A stretch of DNA of 64,000 nt from a virus. Below are positions 28,468 through 38,680 of this stretch, in pieces (position 1 is the stretch's first letter; the number at the start of each line of letters is the position of its first letter). Under the pieces are notes generated by a model. The model saw only the letters and a list, made by a program, of their open reading frames with translations, did no database searches and was not told the origin of the DNA. The stretch is from IMG/VR virus record IMGVR_UViG_3300027668_002455, positions 64,001 through 128,000 of that record; one strand, written 5' to 3'. The position numbers were made by a program, and so were the translations under genes.

Positions 28468-29471
28468 AATCGATGCTCTCAGCTTCAAGGATTAAAAATC
28501 TTGAGTCTTGCACTTGGAGTTACTGGTGCAAATATCACCTCCACCTCCCAGAGACTAACAATGAAGGTGCAATGCGTGGCTCCATATGTCATTTGGTCTT
28601 TGAGCTTATACAAACCAAAAAACATAAAAAGCATTTTAAATTAATCACAAAAAGTAATCGTATTGAAAGCTCCCCTTCTATAACTAGGTTAATAAATAAA
28701 CACTTAAATGCCTATGGTATAAATACTGAAGAGAATTATGAAATGATCAACGATATGATATTGGTTGGTTTGCATGACGATTTTTACTGCAAAGGAAGCA
28801 CTCTGCTTGACCCCGAATATGAATTTAACCTAGAAAACGGAGACCCCGAATATGTAGTTCGTGGATTCATAGACAAGGCAGCAAAGTACACAAAAGATAA
28901 AAAGATTCTAATTAAAGATTACAAGAGCAGCAAAAAAAGATTCTCAGGCAGTGAATTAACAGCGAACCTACAGGGGATGATTTACAGCCTTGTTGCGACA
29001 AAAACGTGGCCCAAGCTCAAACCAATAGTTCAATTTTGTTTTTTAAAATTTCCAAACGAGCCCATTCAAGAATTAGAGTTTTCAAAAGAAGAGCTTGCTG
29101 GTTTAGAAGTTTATCTTTCTCACTCTTATAAAATCATAAACAACTTTAACGAAGCAACGGCAAAGAGTAAATTTGCTGCAGATGAACCCTTTCCAAAAGC
29201 TGACGAAGGATTTAAAGGTCCTCTTTATTGTGGTTTTGCAAAATATCCGGGCCATCTAAAAAAAGACGGAACCACGATGTGGCACTGTCCTTACAAGTTT
29301 GCTTTTGATTATTATGAGCTTACAGATAAAGATGGTAAAAGGCTTAAGACGGCTTTTACTGCTGAAGAATTAAACGCTAAAGATGATCAAGAGATTGTAA
29401 AAAAGAAATATGCAGGATGTCCACGTCATATACGACACGATAGTGGTGACGACGATGATTTTGGTTTTTAA
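28464..29471 (+). CDS. PD-(D/E)XK exonuclease (AddB/Cas4-like)
   Basis: LSASRI....C, G...H, RGFID, IKDYKSSK, Q..IY, C-terminal Cys cluster. Confidence 0.82.
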   Translation: MKSMLSASRIKNLESCTWSYWCKYHLHLPETNNEGAMRGSICHLVFELIQTKKHKKHFKLITKSNRIESSPSITRLINKHLNAYGINTEENYEMINDMILVGLHDDFYCKGSTLLDPEYEFNLENGDPEYVVRGFIDKAAKYTKDKKILIKDYKSSKKRFSGSELTANLQGMIYSLVATKTWPKLKPIVQFCFLKFPNEPIQELEFSKEELAGLEVYLSHSYKIINNFNEATAKSKFAADEPFPKADEGFKGPLYCGFAKYPGHLKKDGTTMWHCPYKFAFDYYELTDKDGKRLKTAFTAEELNAKDDQEIVKKKYAGCPRHIRHDSGDDDDFGF

Positions 29472-29473
29472 AC

Positions 29474-29503
29474 TTGACAAAGACCCGTCTTAGGTGCTAT
29501 CTT
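29474..29503 (+). promoter_or_regulatory. Sigma70-type promoter with extended -10
   Basis: TTGACA-N18-TATCTT with TG at the extended -10 position, 6 nt before ATG 29510. Confidence 0.65.
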
Positions 29504-29509
29504 GTTGTA

Positions 29510-30262
29510 ATGGTCTTACCACTCTTTAAAACGCACTACTCTCTCGGGAAGAGCATTCTAACCCTTAATAAAAAGGGTTCCTCTATACCCAAGGGGCCCG
29601 ACTCTGTGATAGATATTTGTTTGGAAAATAAAATTAAAGAATTCTATCTAGTAGAAGATAACATGGGAAGCTTCTTACAGGCTTATGATAGCACTCAGGA
29701 TGAGGACTTAAGTTTCAGATTTGGATTACGATTAAATGTTTGTGGGAATCGTACAGAAAAAGGGGAGGAGGCTCTACGAGCTACTTCAAAATATATAATT
29801 TTTGCCCGTGACGAAGGGGGCTACAAGAGTCTCATTAAAATATATAGCGACGCCGCTAGCACCGGTTTCTATTATGAACCTCGAACTGATTTTGAATTTT
29901 TAAGAGAAATTTGGGATGATAAGCACCTAGCTTTAGCAGTACCTTTTTATGACTCCTTCTTATTCAGAAACACACTCGAAGACGGCGAATGCATCCCTGA
30001 GCTAGATTTTACGGCTCCCGTTTTCCTTCGTGAAGATAATGGATTACCTTTTGATGTAATCATGCGTCGTCGGGTAGAAAATTTTTGCGAAGATAAATAT
30101 GAAATGCAAGAATCTAAAAGTATCTACTATAAAAACAAAGAAGATTTCATGGCCTATTTAACAATGCGCTGCGTTAGTAAACGAACCACGTGGAGTAAGC
30201 CCAACTTTAATCATTTATCGAGTGATGAATTTAGCCTTGAAAGCTGGCAAGAAAAAAAATGA
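29510..30262 (+). CDS. Stand-alone PHP domain of DNA polymerase III alpha
   Basis: FKTHYSLGKS, VEDNM, FGLRL, IFARDE.GYK.LIKI.S resemble the DnaE N-terminus. Confidence 0.75.
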   Translation: MVLPLFKTHYSLGKSILTLNKKGSSIPKGPDSVIDICLENKIKEFYLVEDNMGSFLQAYDSTQDEDLSFRFGLRLNVCGNRTEKGEEALRATSKYIIFARDEGGYKSLIKIYSDAASTGFYYEPRTDFEFLREIWDDKHLALAVPFYDSFLFRNTLEDGECIPELDFTAPVFLREDNGLPFDVIMRRRVENFCEDKYEMQESKSIYYKNKEDFMAYLTMRCVSKRTTWSKPNFNHLSSDEFSLESWQEKK

Positions 30263-30786
30263 CAATACAACTTACAGAAAAAGAATTAACTTGGTGTGAA
30301 GGACAAGCACAAAAAAGGCATGACAAAAAAAACATGCGCTTTAGGAATACTGGTATCTTGATGGAGAACGTGAACTCCTCAAAGCATAAGTTTTATCTCC
30401 CACACCTTACGGGGATTGTTGGCGAAAAAGCCTACGGAAAACTAATAGGAGCAGAAGTAGACACTCGCCTCTATGACGTAAGAGATGGTGGAGAAGATTT
30501 TAAGGGGGTAGAAGTAAAAACGATTACGTATTTTGGATCAGGAGAGCCTGAGTTAAAAATTAAAAAAGCAGAATACGAATCAAAAACCCCAGAACTTTAT
30601 GTATTAGCGAGAGTAAAAACAGATGGCTTGTGCAAAGTTGAACTGCTAGGGAAAATAACTAGAAAAAACTTTGATATACATAAAAAATCAAAGCAGTACG
30701 GAGTAAATAAGCCGGAGAACTGGGTGGTAGGCCTAAGCTCTATGGAACTCTTCGTAAATAAAATAGATGAAGAATTTGGATTTTAA
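30259..30786 (+). CDS. Putative PD-(D/E)XK endonuclease-fold protein
   Basis: G.VGE.A, DGGEDF, VEVKT motifs. Confidence 0.55.
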   Translation: MTIQLTEKELTWCEGQAQKRHDKKNMRFRNTGILMENVNSSKHKFYLPHLTGIVGEKAYGKLIGAEVDTRLYDVRDGGEDFKGVEVKTITYFGSGEPELKIKKAEYESKTPELYVLARVKTDGLCKVELLGKITRKNFDIHKKSKQYGVNKPENWVVGLSSMELFVNKIDEEFGF

Positions 30787-30788
30787 AA

Positions 30789-31427
30789 ATGGACTCGCAC
30801 TTACTTAGATTTGACAAAGATAAAACTTTTGTTTTCATTGATTTTGAAACAGAGAACCTATGCCTTAACTTTCGGCAAAATATACCGTGGCAAATGGCGA
30901 TGATCAAGGTTCGCGGTGATTCAAAATTTGATGAACGTGATATAATGATTAAATGGGATCGTGAGCTCCGAGTGAGTCCTGAAGCAGCGCGGATTACCCG
31001 TTTTAGTGATGAAAAATATAAAAGCTTAAGAAAGCCACACGAAAAAGTTTTCCCCCTGATGGAAAAGTGGCTAGAAGAAGCAGACTATATTGTGGGACAT
31101 AATATCCTTGGGTTTGATATCTATTTAATTTTAGAATTTTATAAGAAAATGGGCAAAAACGGAGCTCATTTAGTAGATAAAATGATTGATACCTTCTGCC
31201 TCTCCAAAGCATACAAATTAGGCTCTCAGAAGCCCTCTGAGGCCTCTTTGATAGAGTTTCAGTATCGGTGCCTCGATATCCGTAAGAAGCGCTTAGGGTG
31301 CAGTTTACAAGCAATAGCGAGAAATTTTGATATTGAGCATAATTACGATAAACTACATGACGCGTTAGTAGATTTAGATCTAAATTTAAAGGTGTGGAAC
31401 AAATTAAAATGGCAATTAGAAGTATGA
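30789..31427 (+). CDS. DEDDh 3'-5' exonuclease (DnaQ-like)
   Basis: IDFETE (ExoI), GHNILGFD (ExoII), LHDALVD (ExoIII). Confidence 0.9.
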   Translation: MDSHLLRFDKDKTFVFIDFETENLCLNFRQNIPWQMAMIKVRGDSKFDERDIMIKWDRELRVSPEAARITRFSDEKYKSLRKPHEKVFPLMEKWLEEADYIVGHNILGFDIYLILEFYKKMGKNGAHLVDKMIDTFCLSKAYKLGSQKPSEASLIEFQYRCLDIRKKRLGCSLQAIARNFDIEHNYDKLHDALVDLDLNLKVWNKLKWQLEV

Positions 31428-34075
31428 GCAATTTAACTAAAAACTTTAAAAAATACGACCTCGACATTAAGGGAGTAAGGCTCCCTTCGTTTGAGATTTC
31501 TCCAGAAGAGAAGGAGAGAGTAGGCACAAAAAAAGATTGTGATAACCTTACCTTCTTGACCGCCCTCTGCGACAATCAACTGAAGGTAATCAAGAAGAAA
31601 GTCACGCCCGAAAAATACACTGAGTATGTTAAGAGGACTAAATATGAACTTAAAATATTAAATGAATTAAGTTTTGTTGATTACATTCTTCTTGTTTGGG
31701 ATGTTATTAACTTTTGCAAAAATGAAGAGGTAGCAACAGGAATGGGTCGGGGAAGTGCCGCAGGAAGCCTCGTGCTTTATTTAATTGGGGTGACACGCAT
31801 CAACCCAATCGTTAATGACTTATATTTCGAGAGATTTGTTTCCAAGGTCCGAGCTAAAAAGCAGGTAGTAGATGGAGTAACTTATCTCGACGGAGCGTTG
31901 ATGGCAGATATCGATCTTGATATTTGTTACTATGATCGTGATAAGGTTTTAAAATATTTAGGAGAAAAATTCAAAGGAAAAACTTCTAAGATTCTTACCC
32001 TTAATACTCTAAGCGGTAAGCTTGTAATTAAGGAGTGCGGAAAAATCGTGGGAGACCTAGAAGAGCAAGAAGTAAACAAAGTATCTAACATGATTCCTAA
32101 AAAGTATGGAAACGTCAAAGATATTTACGAGGCATACAGCGAAAATAGCCTAACTGAAGACGGGGAAGATACCGGAGAAGCTCTCTTACCTGATTTCAGA
32201 AACTGGTGTGATGAAAATCCACAGATTTTTAAAACCGCTTGTAAATTAAGGGGCTTAATTAAAAATAAAAGTGTCCACCCCTCAGCGGTTCTACTTTCTC
32301 ATGAGGAGTTAGAAAATAATTGCCCGACTGAGCTTGACTCTGCCAAGGAAAGTCTCGTTTCATCCTATGATGCAACTTGGGTTTCCATGTTCAACGTAAA
32401 ATTAGACATCCTAGGTTTACGGGGGGTGTCCGTTGTTGACCAAACTCTTAAAAACATAAAAGAGATTCACGGTAGAGACTTAAAGCAGCGTGAGATTTTA
32501 AATAAATACGCTGACACTGAAAATTTATGGCGTCACCTTGACGACCTACGTCAGAGGCACGGCCTTTTTCACATCGAAGCAGATACCGCTTACAAGGTAT
32601 GCCGAAAAGTAAAACCAGAAAGCGTAGATCAACTGAGTGCAGTTCTAGCTCTAGCTAGGCCGGGAGCAATTGATTTCACAGAGCAATATGCGGATGCAAT
32701 CAATAACAATATAGATGTCAGCATTCACCCTTTCTTTGACGACATTTTGTCATCAACAGGCGGAGTAGCCCTTTATCAAGAGCAGCTAATGAAAATGGCT
32801 CACAAGATGGGCTTTTCACTTGATGATGCTGAATTGCTACGTCGCATCGTGGGCAAAAAGAAGGTGAGCGAAGTTAAGAAGTGGCAAAAAAAAGTTCGGA
32901 AGCTAGTTGAAAAAAACGAACAACTACAAGTTAAAAATAGCCTCGAAAAAGACGCTGGTGAAGTTTTTTGGAAAATTCTTGAGGACTCAGCTAATTACAG
33001 CTTTAACAAGTCCCACTCCATTTCCTATGCATCTCTATCAGCAGTAACCGTTTATTTAAAATTTAATTACCCAAAAGAGTTTTTCTTAAGCTTATTGAAG
33101 ATGACCAAGTATGAGCCAGATCCGATGACTGAAATTGCAAAAATACAAAAAGAATTGGATTGCTTTGGTATCAAATTATTACCTCCCCATATTTTAAAAT
33201 CTAAACAAGACTTTTCTATTGAAGGGGGTGACCTCCGATTCGGACTAAGTTCTATTCGTGGTGTGTCAGGAACCACAATGGAAAAAATTGATAACTTTCG
33301 TACAGATGAGGGCTACAAATCCCTAAATAAATTTGAGGTATTTTTAACTGCTAAAGAAGCTGGCATAAACATTGGAGTCCTTTCAGCACTGATCCAAGCT
33401 GGGGCACTTGAAGGCTTTAGCGCAACACGAACCAGACTTGTTTATGAAGCCCAAATGTGGAATCTTCTAACAGATCGAGAGAAACAATATATCTGTGCTA
33501 ATGACTTTAAAATTGCAAAAGAAAAAAAATTCGACCTTAGGGAAATTCTTTATTACTTAGATAAAGAAGCTAAGACAGACAAGGGTAAAAACTTCCTGCG
33601 AGAGACACGACTAAACACCCTTAGAAAAAAATCTGAACCTTATGCGGAAATCTTCAGAATGAATAGTAAAAATGAAGACCTCGCTAACTGGTATTATGAA
33701 AAACATTTTCTTGGGTATTCATATCATACAACTCTAGAAAAATTATTTAATATAAGACTAAACCTAAGGGACGTAGAAGAGTCGTTGGTAGATCGAACCG
33801 TAGAGTATGCGGGGTGGGTGGAAGAGTGTGCCAAGAAGAAATCAAAGAATGGAAACGCCTATCAACAACTCATCCTTTCTGATGAGAAGGCCGAAATGAG
33901 AACGATGATCTTTACAAAAAAGATGGAAGTTTGCGAAGAAAATAATGGTCGCCTCCCCAAAAAGGGAGACATAGTTATCGTAAATGGAACAAAGAAAGAT
34001 GGGGTAGTTTTTGCAAATACTATTGAAATTCCTAATGTAAAAATTTATACTAAATTATCAGATCTTAAGGGATGA
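31424..34075 (+). CDS. dnaE: DNA polymerase III alpha catalytic core (no PHP domain)
   Basis: GRGSAAGSLV, FERF, DIDLD, KLDILGL, YQEQLM, YSFNKSHS, RFGLSSIRG, C-terminal OB fold. Confidence 0.95.
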   Translation: MSNLTKNFKKYDLDIKGVRLPSFEISPEEKERVGTKKDCDNLTFLTALCDNQLKVIKKKVTPEKYTEYVKRTKYELKILNELSFVDYILLVWDVINFCKNEEVATGMGRGSAAGSLVLYLIGVTRINPIVNDLYFERFVSKVRAKKQVVDGVTYLDGALMADIDLDICYYDRDKVLKYLGEKFKGKTSKILTLNTLSGKLVIKECGKIVGDLEEQEVNKVSNMIPKKYGNVKDIYEAYSENSLTEDGEDTGEALLPDFRNWCDENPQIFKTACKLRGLIKNKSVHPSAVLLSHEELENNCPTELDSAKESLVSSYDATWVSMFNVKLDILGLRGVSVVDQTLKNIKEIHGRDLKQREILNKYADTENLWRHLDDLRQRHGLFHIEADTAYKVCRKVKPESVDQLSAVLALARPGAIDFTEQYADAINNNIDVSIHPFFDDILSSTGGVALYQEQLMKMAHKMGFSLDDAELLRRIVGKKKVSEVKKWQKKVRKLVEKNEQLQVKNSLEKDAGEVFWKILEDSANYSFNKSHSISYASLSAVTVYLKFNYPKEFFLSLLKMTKYEPDPMTEIAKIQKELDCFGIKLLPPHILKSKQDFSIEGGDLRFGLSSIRGVSGTTMEKIDNFRTDEGYKSLNKFEVFLTAKEAGINIGVLSALIQAGALEGFSATRTRLVYEAQMWNLLTDREKQYICANDFKIAKEKKFDLREILYYLDKEAKTDKGKNFLRETRLNTLRKKSEPYAEIFRMNSKNEDLANWYYEKHFLGYSYHTTLEKLFNIRLNLRDVEESLVDRTVEYAGWVEECAKKKSKNGNAYQQLILSDEKAEMRTMIFTKKMEVCEENNGRLPKKGDIVIVNGTKKDGVVFANTIEIPNVKIYTKLSDLKG

Positions 34076-34977
34076 GATTTCTTGTTACAGGAGGAGCGGG
34101 ATTCATTGGGAGTAATATAGTTGATACTCTCTTACATTACCCCAATAATGTAGCGTGTATCGACAATGAATCCGCTGATAGCAATTCCGAATTTTATTGG
34201 AATAAAAATGCAAAAAATTATCCCATAGATATCAATGACTACGATGCCCTTAAGTGGGTATTTAAACACGAAAAGCCAGAAGTTGTATTTCACACCGCAG
34301 CTGAAGCACGGATTCAACCTACGATTGATGAGCCTCAAAAAGCGTGTCTAACCAACTTCGTAGGAACTTGTAATGTTTTACAAGCGTGTCGTGAATTTGG
34401 GGCGAGAAGACTCATATACTCCTCGACCTCTTCAGCTTATGGTCTAAAAAGTATTCCTCCGCTTCAAGAAGATATGCCTAGGGACTGCCTAAATCCTTAT
34501 TCAGTCTCTAAATCTGCTGGAGAAGACTTGTGTAAAGTATATTATAAAATATATGGTATCGAAACAGTTATTTTAAGATATTTTAATGTATACGGAAATC
34601 GGGAGCCCACAGAGGGTCAATATGCCCCCGTTATTGGTCTCTTCCTTAGGCAAAAGAGAGAGGGTTTGCCTATGACTATCGTGGGTGACGGCAAACAAAC
34701 CAGAGACTTCACCAATGTTAAGGACGTTGTAGACGCTAACATCCTCGCTGCCTTAGGCAATAGTAAGGAACTTCTTGGGGAAGTATTAAATATTGGAACG
34801 GGGCGTAGCTACTCAATCTTAGAAATCTCTCAGATGATTGGGGGAAAAACTACCCATCTCCCAGAGAGACTCGGGGAAGCTCGAGAAACTCTAGCTGATA
34901 ACTCTAAAGCAAAAAAATTAATGGGCTGGGAACCCAAGGTAGACTTAAAAAGCTATTTAAAAAATCTTGACTTTTAA
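34072..34977 (+). CDS. NAD-dependent nucleotide-sugar epimerase/dehydratase (extended SDR)
   Basis: TGGAGFIGS, YSSTSS, PYSVSK, LRYFNVYG, GDG.QTRDF. Confidence 0.9.
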   Translation: MRFLVTGGAGFIGSNIVDTLLHYPNNVACIDNESADSNSEFYWNKNAKNYPIDINDYDALKWVFKHEKPEVVFHTAAEARIQPTIDEPQKACLTNFVGTCNVLQACREFGARRLIYSSTSSAYGLKSIPPLQEDMPRDCLNPYSVSKSAGEDLCKVYYKIYGIETVILRYFNVYGNREPTEGQYAPVIGLFLRQKREGLPMTIVGDGKQTRDFTNVKDVVDANILAALGNSKELLGEVLNIGTGRSYSILEISQMIGGKTTHLPERLGEARETLADNSKAKKLMGWEPKVDLKSYLKNLDF

Positions 34978-34994
34978 TCAATAAACACTAAAAT
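34967..34994 (+). promoter_or_regulatory. Sigma70-type promoter
   Basis: TTGACT-N16-TAAAAT, 6 nt before ATG 35001. Confidence 0.6.
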
Positions 34995-35000
34995 AAATAT

Positions 35001-35549
35001 ATGATACAATTCTATAAACCGAATAAGTCTGTAACGGGAAATGCCTGTTCTTTCTGGCTAAACAGAGATGGCTCTATTATGTCATCCATGATCAAACAAG
35101 ACTCTTGGAACGAACAAAAAAGAGTAGGCTCATTTAGCAAAAATAAAGACAACCCCCAAAAAAGAGTAATTACTAAACTCAGTCGAGTTGAGGTCGCCGG
35201 AATCATTGATTCTATTGAGACTAATCGAGAGTTCTCTGCATACCATCGAAGCCAAAAGCAGGTTCTCCAAATTAAATTTTGCCCCTATATGAGGGAGGGT
35301 AAACAAGTCGGGTTTTCCTTTTCTATTAATAAACAGGATGTAGAAGACTCGACTAATAAAAGTTCTTTTGTAATTGGCTTTTATTTTCCAGAAGCCCGCT
35401 TGCTTCGTCACGATCTCGAAAGTTTTCTAGACAAAACGCTGAGTACGCAGGATTATACCCAAGAGCAAAAGCCGAGTGCACCCAAGGAGACTAAAGAGCC
35501 CAGCCAAGAAGACTCGGGAAGTCCGTTTGAAAATAGTGAAATTTTTTAA
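35001..35549 (+). CDS. Putative Whirly-like ssDNA-binding protein
   Basis: FYK..., K....KLS..EVAGII, YH motifs; acidic tail ending in Phe. Confidence 0.45.
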   Translation: MIQFYKPNKSVTGNACSFWLNRDGSIMSSMIKQDSWNEQKRVGSFSKNKDNPQKRVITKLSRVEVAGIIDSIETNREFSAYHRSQKQVLQIKFCPYMREGKQVGFSFSINKQDVEDSTNKSSFVIGFYFPEARLLRHDLESFLDKTLSTQDYTQEQKPSAPKETKEPSQEDSGSPFENSEIF

Positions 35550-37468
35550 TGTCTAAAAAGAAAAAAATAGTTTTTCAAAGCGACTACGCTTTGGCTAAAA
35601 CCGGTTTTGGAAGAAATGCCAAGGCGATTTTATCTTATTTATATAAAACAAATAAATATGATATCGTCCATTACTGCTGTGGCATGAATTGGTCTAATCC
35701 CGAACTTAAACGAACTCCTTGGAAATCGGTTGGTTGTCTTCCTGACAACCCCCAAGAAATCCAGCACCTTAACCGAGATCCCGGACTAGCTAGGTCTGCT
35801 AATTATGGCTCTCACTATCTTGATCGCATAATTGAAGAAGAAGAACCTGATATTTATATTGCAGTTCAAGATATTTGGGGGGTTGATTTTGCTGTGGGGC
35901 GACGCTGGTTTAAAAAAATTAATTCCATAATTTGGACCACCCTTGACTCTCTGCCGATTTTACCAACTGCCACTGACAGGGCATCTGAAATTGAAAATTA
36001 TTGGATATGGAGCAATTTCGCCACTAAGGAGATGCACAAGCTCGGTCACAAACATGTCAAAACCGTTCATGGTGCAGTTGAGGATAGTTGCTTCTTTAGA
36101 ATTGAAGATGAAAAGCGTCAACAGCTAAGAAGTAAATTTAATATTTCCCCAGATACTTTTGTAGTTGGATTTGTTTTTCGAAATCAATTAAGAAAATCTG
36201 TTCCTAATTTATTAGAGGGTTATAAATTATGGAAAACAAAAAGTAAAATTAAATCCCCCACCAAACTGCTTCTTCATACCCACTTTGGAGAGGGGTGGGG
36301 TATTATGAAGCTCGCAAAAGAATATGGTATCCCCGAGTCCGAAATCCTTACAACTTATGTGTGTAAAGACTGTGGGAATTACGAGGTTAAAAGCTTCACA
36401 GGTCAAGATTTAACCTGTCCTTCATGTGGTTCTGAAAAAGGACAAATTACTACCAATGTAAATACGGGTGTTACAGAAAAAGAATTAAATGAAGTCTATA
36501 ACTTAATGGACGTATATTGTCACCCATTCACTTCGGGCGGTCAAGAAATTCCTATACAAGAAGCAAAGTTTGCTGAGCTTGTAACCCTAGTGACCGACTA
36601 TAGCTGTGGGGAAGAGATGTGCGAGGATGAGGCTTACTCGTTACCCCTCGAGTGGACAGAATACAGAGAGCATGGCACAGAGTTTATTAAAGCTTCTACC
36701 TCTCCCCTTTCAATCTCTAAAAATCTACAAACTGTTTTCACCATGAAACCAGAAAGACGGTTAGAATGGGGGAGGAAGGCTCGCGAGTGGGCTCTTAAAA
36801 ACTTTTCCACTAGTGCCGTGGGTAAAATTATTGAAGATCAACTCGATAATATGCCCATAATCAAATATGATTTTTCTTTTGAAGAGGAAACTAAGAATCC
36901 AAACGCTGAATTAAAAGATATTGCGGGTGACTCCGAGTGGTTAGTCCATGTATATAAAGAGATTTTAAAAATGGACGTTGATGATCAAGATAGTGGTCAT
37001 CAATACTGGATGCAGGAAATTGAAAAAAAGGTTACCCGCGCAACTATTGTGGACTATTTTCGCAGGGTGGCAATACAAGATAATCAAAAAAATCAAAAAG
37101 TTGAGTTTTCTGAAGTTCTAGATAAAGACGATGAAGGAAAAAGGCTTTTATATGTAATGCCCGAGAGTATTGGTGATATATACCTTTCCACAAGCCTTTT
37201 TAAATCTGCAAAAGAACTTTATCCAGATTATAATCTATATGTAGCTGTTAAAGAGCAGTATTTTGACATTCTGGACGGTAATCCTTTTGTTCATAAGGTT
37301 ATCCCTTACATCCCTCAAATGGACAGCCTACCTTGGTTAGAGGGTCAGGGGAAAAATAAAGGGTTCTTTGAAATTGCATTCTTGCCCTACGGAACGACCC
37401 AGAAGTTCTTAACCTATCTTCACAATGGGAAAGATAAAATTGCCTACAAAGACTATAAATACGATTAA
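35549..37468 (+). CDS. Multidomain GT4-like glycosyltransferase with Zn-ribbon insertion and C-terminal GT9-like half domain
   Basis: TGFGR, FRNQLRK, CKDC..CPSC insert, SGGQEIPIQEA, C-terminal PESIGD...NPFV. Confidence 0.75.
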   Translation: MSKKKKIVFQSDYALAKTGFGRNAKAILSYLYKTNKYDIVHYCCGMNWSNPELKRTPWKSVGCLPDNPQEIQHLNRDPGLARSANYGSHYLDRIIEEEEPDIYIAVQDIWGVDFAVGRRWFKKINSIIWTTLDSLPILPTATDRASEIENYWIWSNFATKEMHKLGHKHVKTVHGAVEDSCFFRIEDEKRQQLRSKFNISPDTFVVGFVFRNQLRKSVPNLLEGYKLWKTKSKIKSPTKLLLHTHFGEGWGIMKLAKEYGIPESEILTTYVCKDCGNYEVKSFTGQDLTCPSCGSEKGQITTNVNTGVTEKELNEVYNLMDVYCHPFTSGGQEIPIQEAKFAELVTLVTDYSCGEEMCEDEAYSLPLEWTEYREHGTEFIKASTSPLSISKNLQTVFTMKPERRLEWGRKAREWALKNFSTSAVGKIIEDQLDNMPIIKYDFSFEEETKNPNAELKDIAGDSEWLVHVYKEILKMDVDDQDSGHQYWMQEIEKKVTRATIVDYFRRVAIQDNQKNQKVEFSEVLDKDDEGKRLLYVMPESIGDIYLSTSLFKSAKELYPDYNLYVAVKEQYFDILDGNPFVHKVIPYIPQMDSLPWLEGQGKNKGFFEIAFLPYGTTQKFLTYLHNGKDKIAYKDYKYD

Positions 37469-37470
37469 TC

Positions 37471-38655
37471 ATGCACCTTGTTGAAACATATGCTTTAAAC
37501 TGTGGCCTTAAAATAGATAAGCCATATATTATCGAAAAATTTTTTCCATTAGACACGGAAAGATTTATCACGTTGCACCCGAACAGTAAATACCCCTCAA
37601 AATGCTACGACTACTGGCAGGACGTGGTGGATATCTTGCTTCCGGTGTTGGAAAAAGAAGACATTAAAATTCTACAGATAGGCGTTAAAGAGGATATACC
37701 CCTTAGGGGGTGCTTGCACTCTCAGGGGCAAGCAAATCTAAATCAAACTGCTTATTTTTTATCGAAATGCATGCTTCATCTTGGGGTAGATAGCTTTCCT
37801 GCCCATGTGGCATCTGGATTTGATAAAAAAATAGTGTGCCTTTACTCTAATAATTATGCTGCCAACTGCAGCCCGTACTGGAGCCGACAAGAAGACATAG
37901 CTCTCTTTGAACCTCTTCGAGAAAATGGAGAAAAACCTTCTTTTTCTGCCGAGGAAGACCCTAAGAGCATAAACGAATTTAACCCAGAAGATATTACTGA
38001 AGCGGTTTTAAATCTTTTAAATATTAAAAGTAATAAAAATTTAAAAACGATCAGAAAGGGGTCCTTTTATAATCATTCGATAGTAGAACTGGTACCGGAC
38101 TGCGTAGCTAATATAAGCTCAATGAATATTGAGTCTATCATTGTAAGGATGGATTTAGAATTTAATGAGGAGGCGTTAGCCACCCAGCTTTCGATGGGAA
38201 AATGCTCCATCATTACCACAAAACCCATAAAATTTGAGATTTTAAATCAATTTAAAGAAAATATAAAAGAATTTGTATATTTTGTAGAAGAGGATCATGA
38301 TCCGACATTTATATCAGAGGTGGTAAAAATTGGTTTCCCAGTTATTTTGATGAGCGAGATGGAGGAGAAAAAGATCGAAGAAGCTAAAATTCATTATATG
38401 GATTTTGGTGTCATTCAAATCCCGCCCACGGCTCTTGAGGAAGACATTCAAGAAATAAAAAACCAAAAAGATAAAAATCTTTTTTATAAATCCAAAAGAG
38501 TATTAATTAGCAAGGGAAAAACTTATAAATCTGAAGCCGCATGGAAAAAGGGAGTCCCCAGTGATCCAAATGACCCCTCTCCGCTGCCTATTATTGATAG
38601 CCCTGAATTCTGGGAAGCTCTGGATGAATATTACATTCTAGCAAAGAAAACTTGA
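37471..38655 (+). CDS. GT9-like glycosyltransferase
   Basis: K.YDYW..V, ILQIG, QTAY.L..C.LHLGVDSF.AHVA. Confidence 0.7.
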   Translation: MHLVETYALNCGLKIDKPYIIEKFFPLDTERFITLHPNSKYPSKCYDYWQDVVDILLPVLEKEDIKILQIGVKEDIPLRGCLHSQGQANLNQTAYFLSKCMLHLGVDSFPAHVASGFDKKIVCLYSNNYAANCSPYWSRQEDIALFEPLRENGEKPSFSAEEDPKSINEFNPEDITEAVLNLLNIKSNKNLKTIRKGSFYNHSIVELVPDCVANISSMNIESIIVRMDLEFNEEALATQLSMGKCSIITTKPIKFEILNQFKENIKEFVYFVEEDHDPTFISEVVKIGFPVILMSEMEEKKIEEAKIHYMDFGVIQIPPTALEEDIQEIKNQKDKNLFYKSKRVLISKGKTYKSEAAWKKGVPSDPNDPSPLPIIDSPEFWEALDEYYILAKKT

Positions 38656-38680
38656 CAAAGAGATTAAAAAGAGCTACCCT
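38652..38680 (+). promoter_or_regulatory. Sigma70-type promoter
   Basis: TTGACA-N17-TACCCT, 6 nt before ATG 38687. Confidence 0.6.

Noticed and set aside
28464-29471. Cas4-like nuclease as evidence of CRISPR-Cas
   Set aside because: No repeat-spacer array or other cas genes are seen; solo AddB/Cas4-like nucleases are common in phage replication modules
29474-29509. TTG start for the PHP gene (and similarly TTG 38681)
   Set aside because: TTG 29474 is the -35 box TTGACA itself, and TTG 38681 directly abuts the -10 box; the downstream ATGs fit the promoter spacing
10844-34075. Inteins or introns in nrdA, recA, dnaB, dnaE
   Set aside because: Protein lengths are normal and no intein splice motifs or LAGLIDADG blocks are seen, including at the PHP/DnaE split
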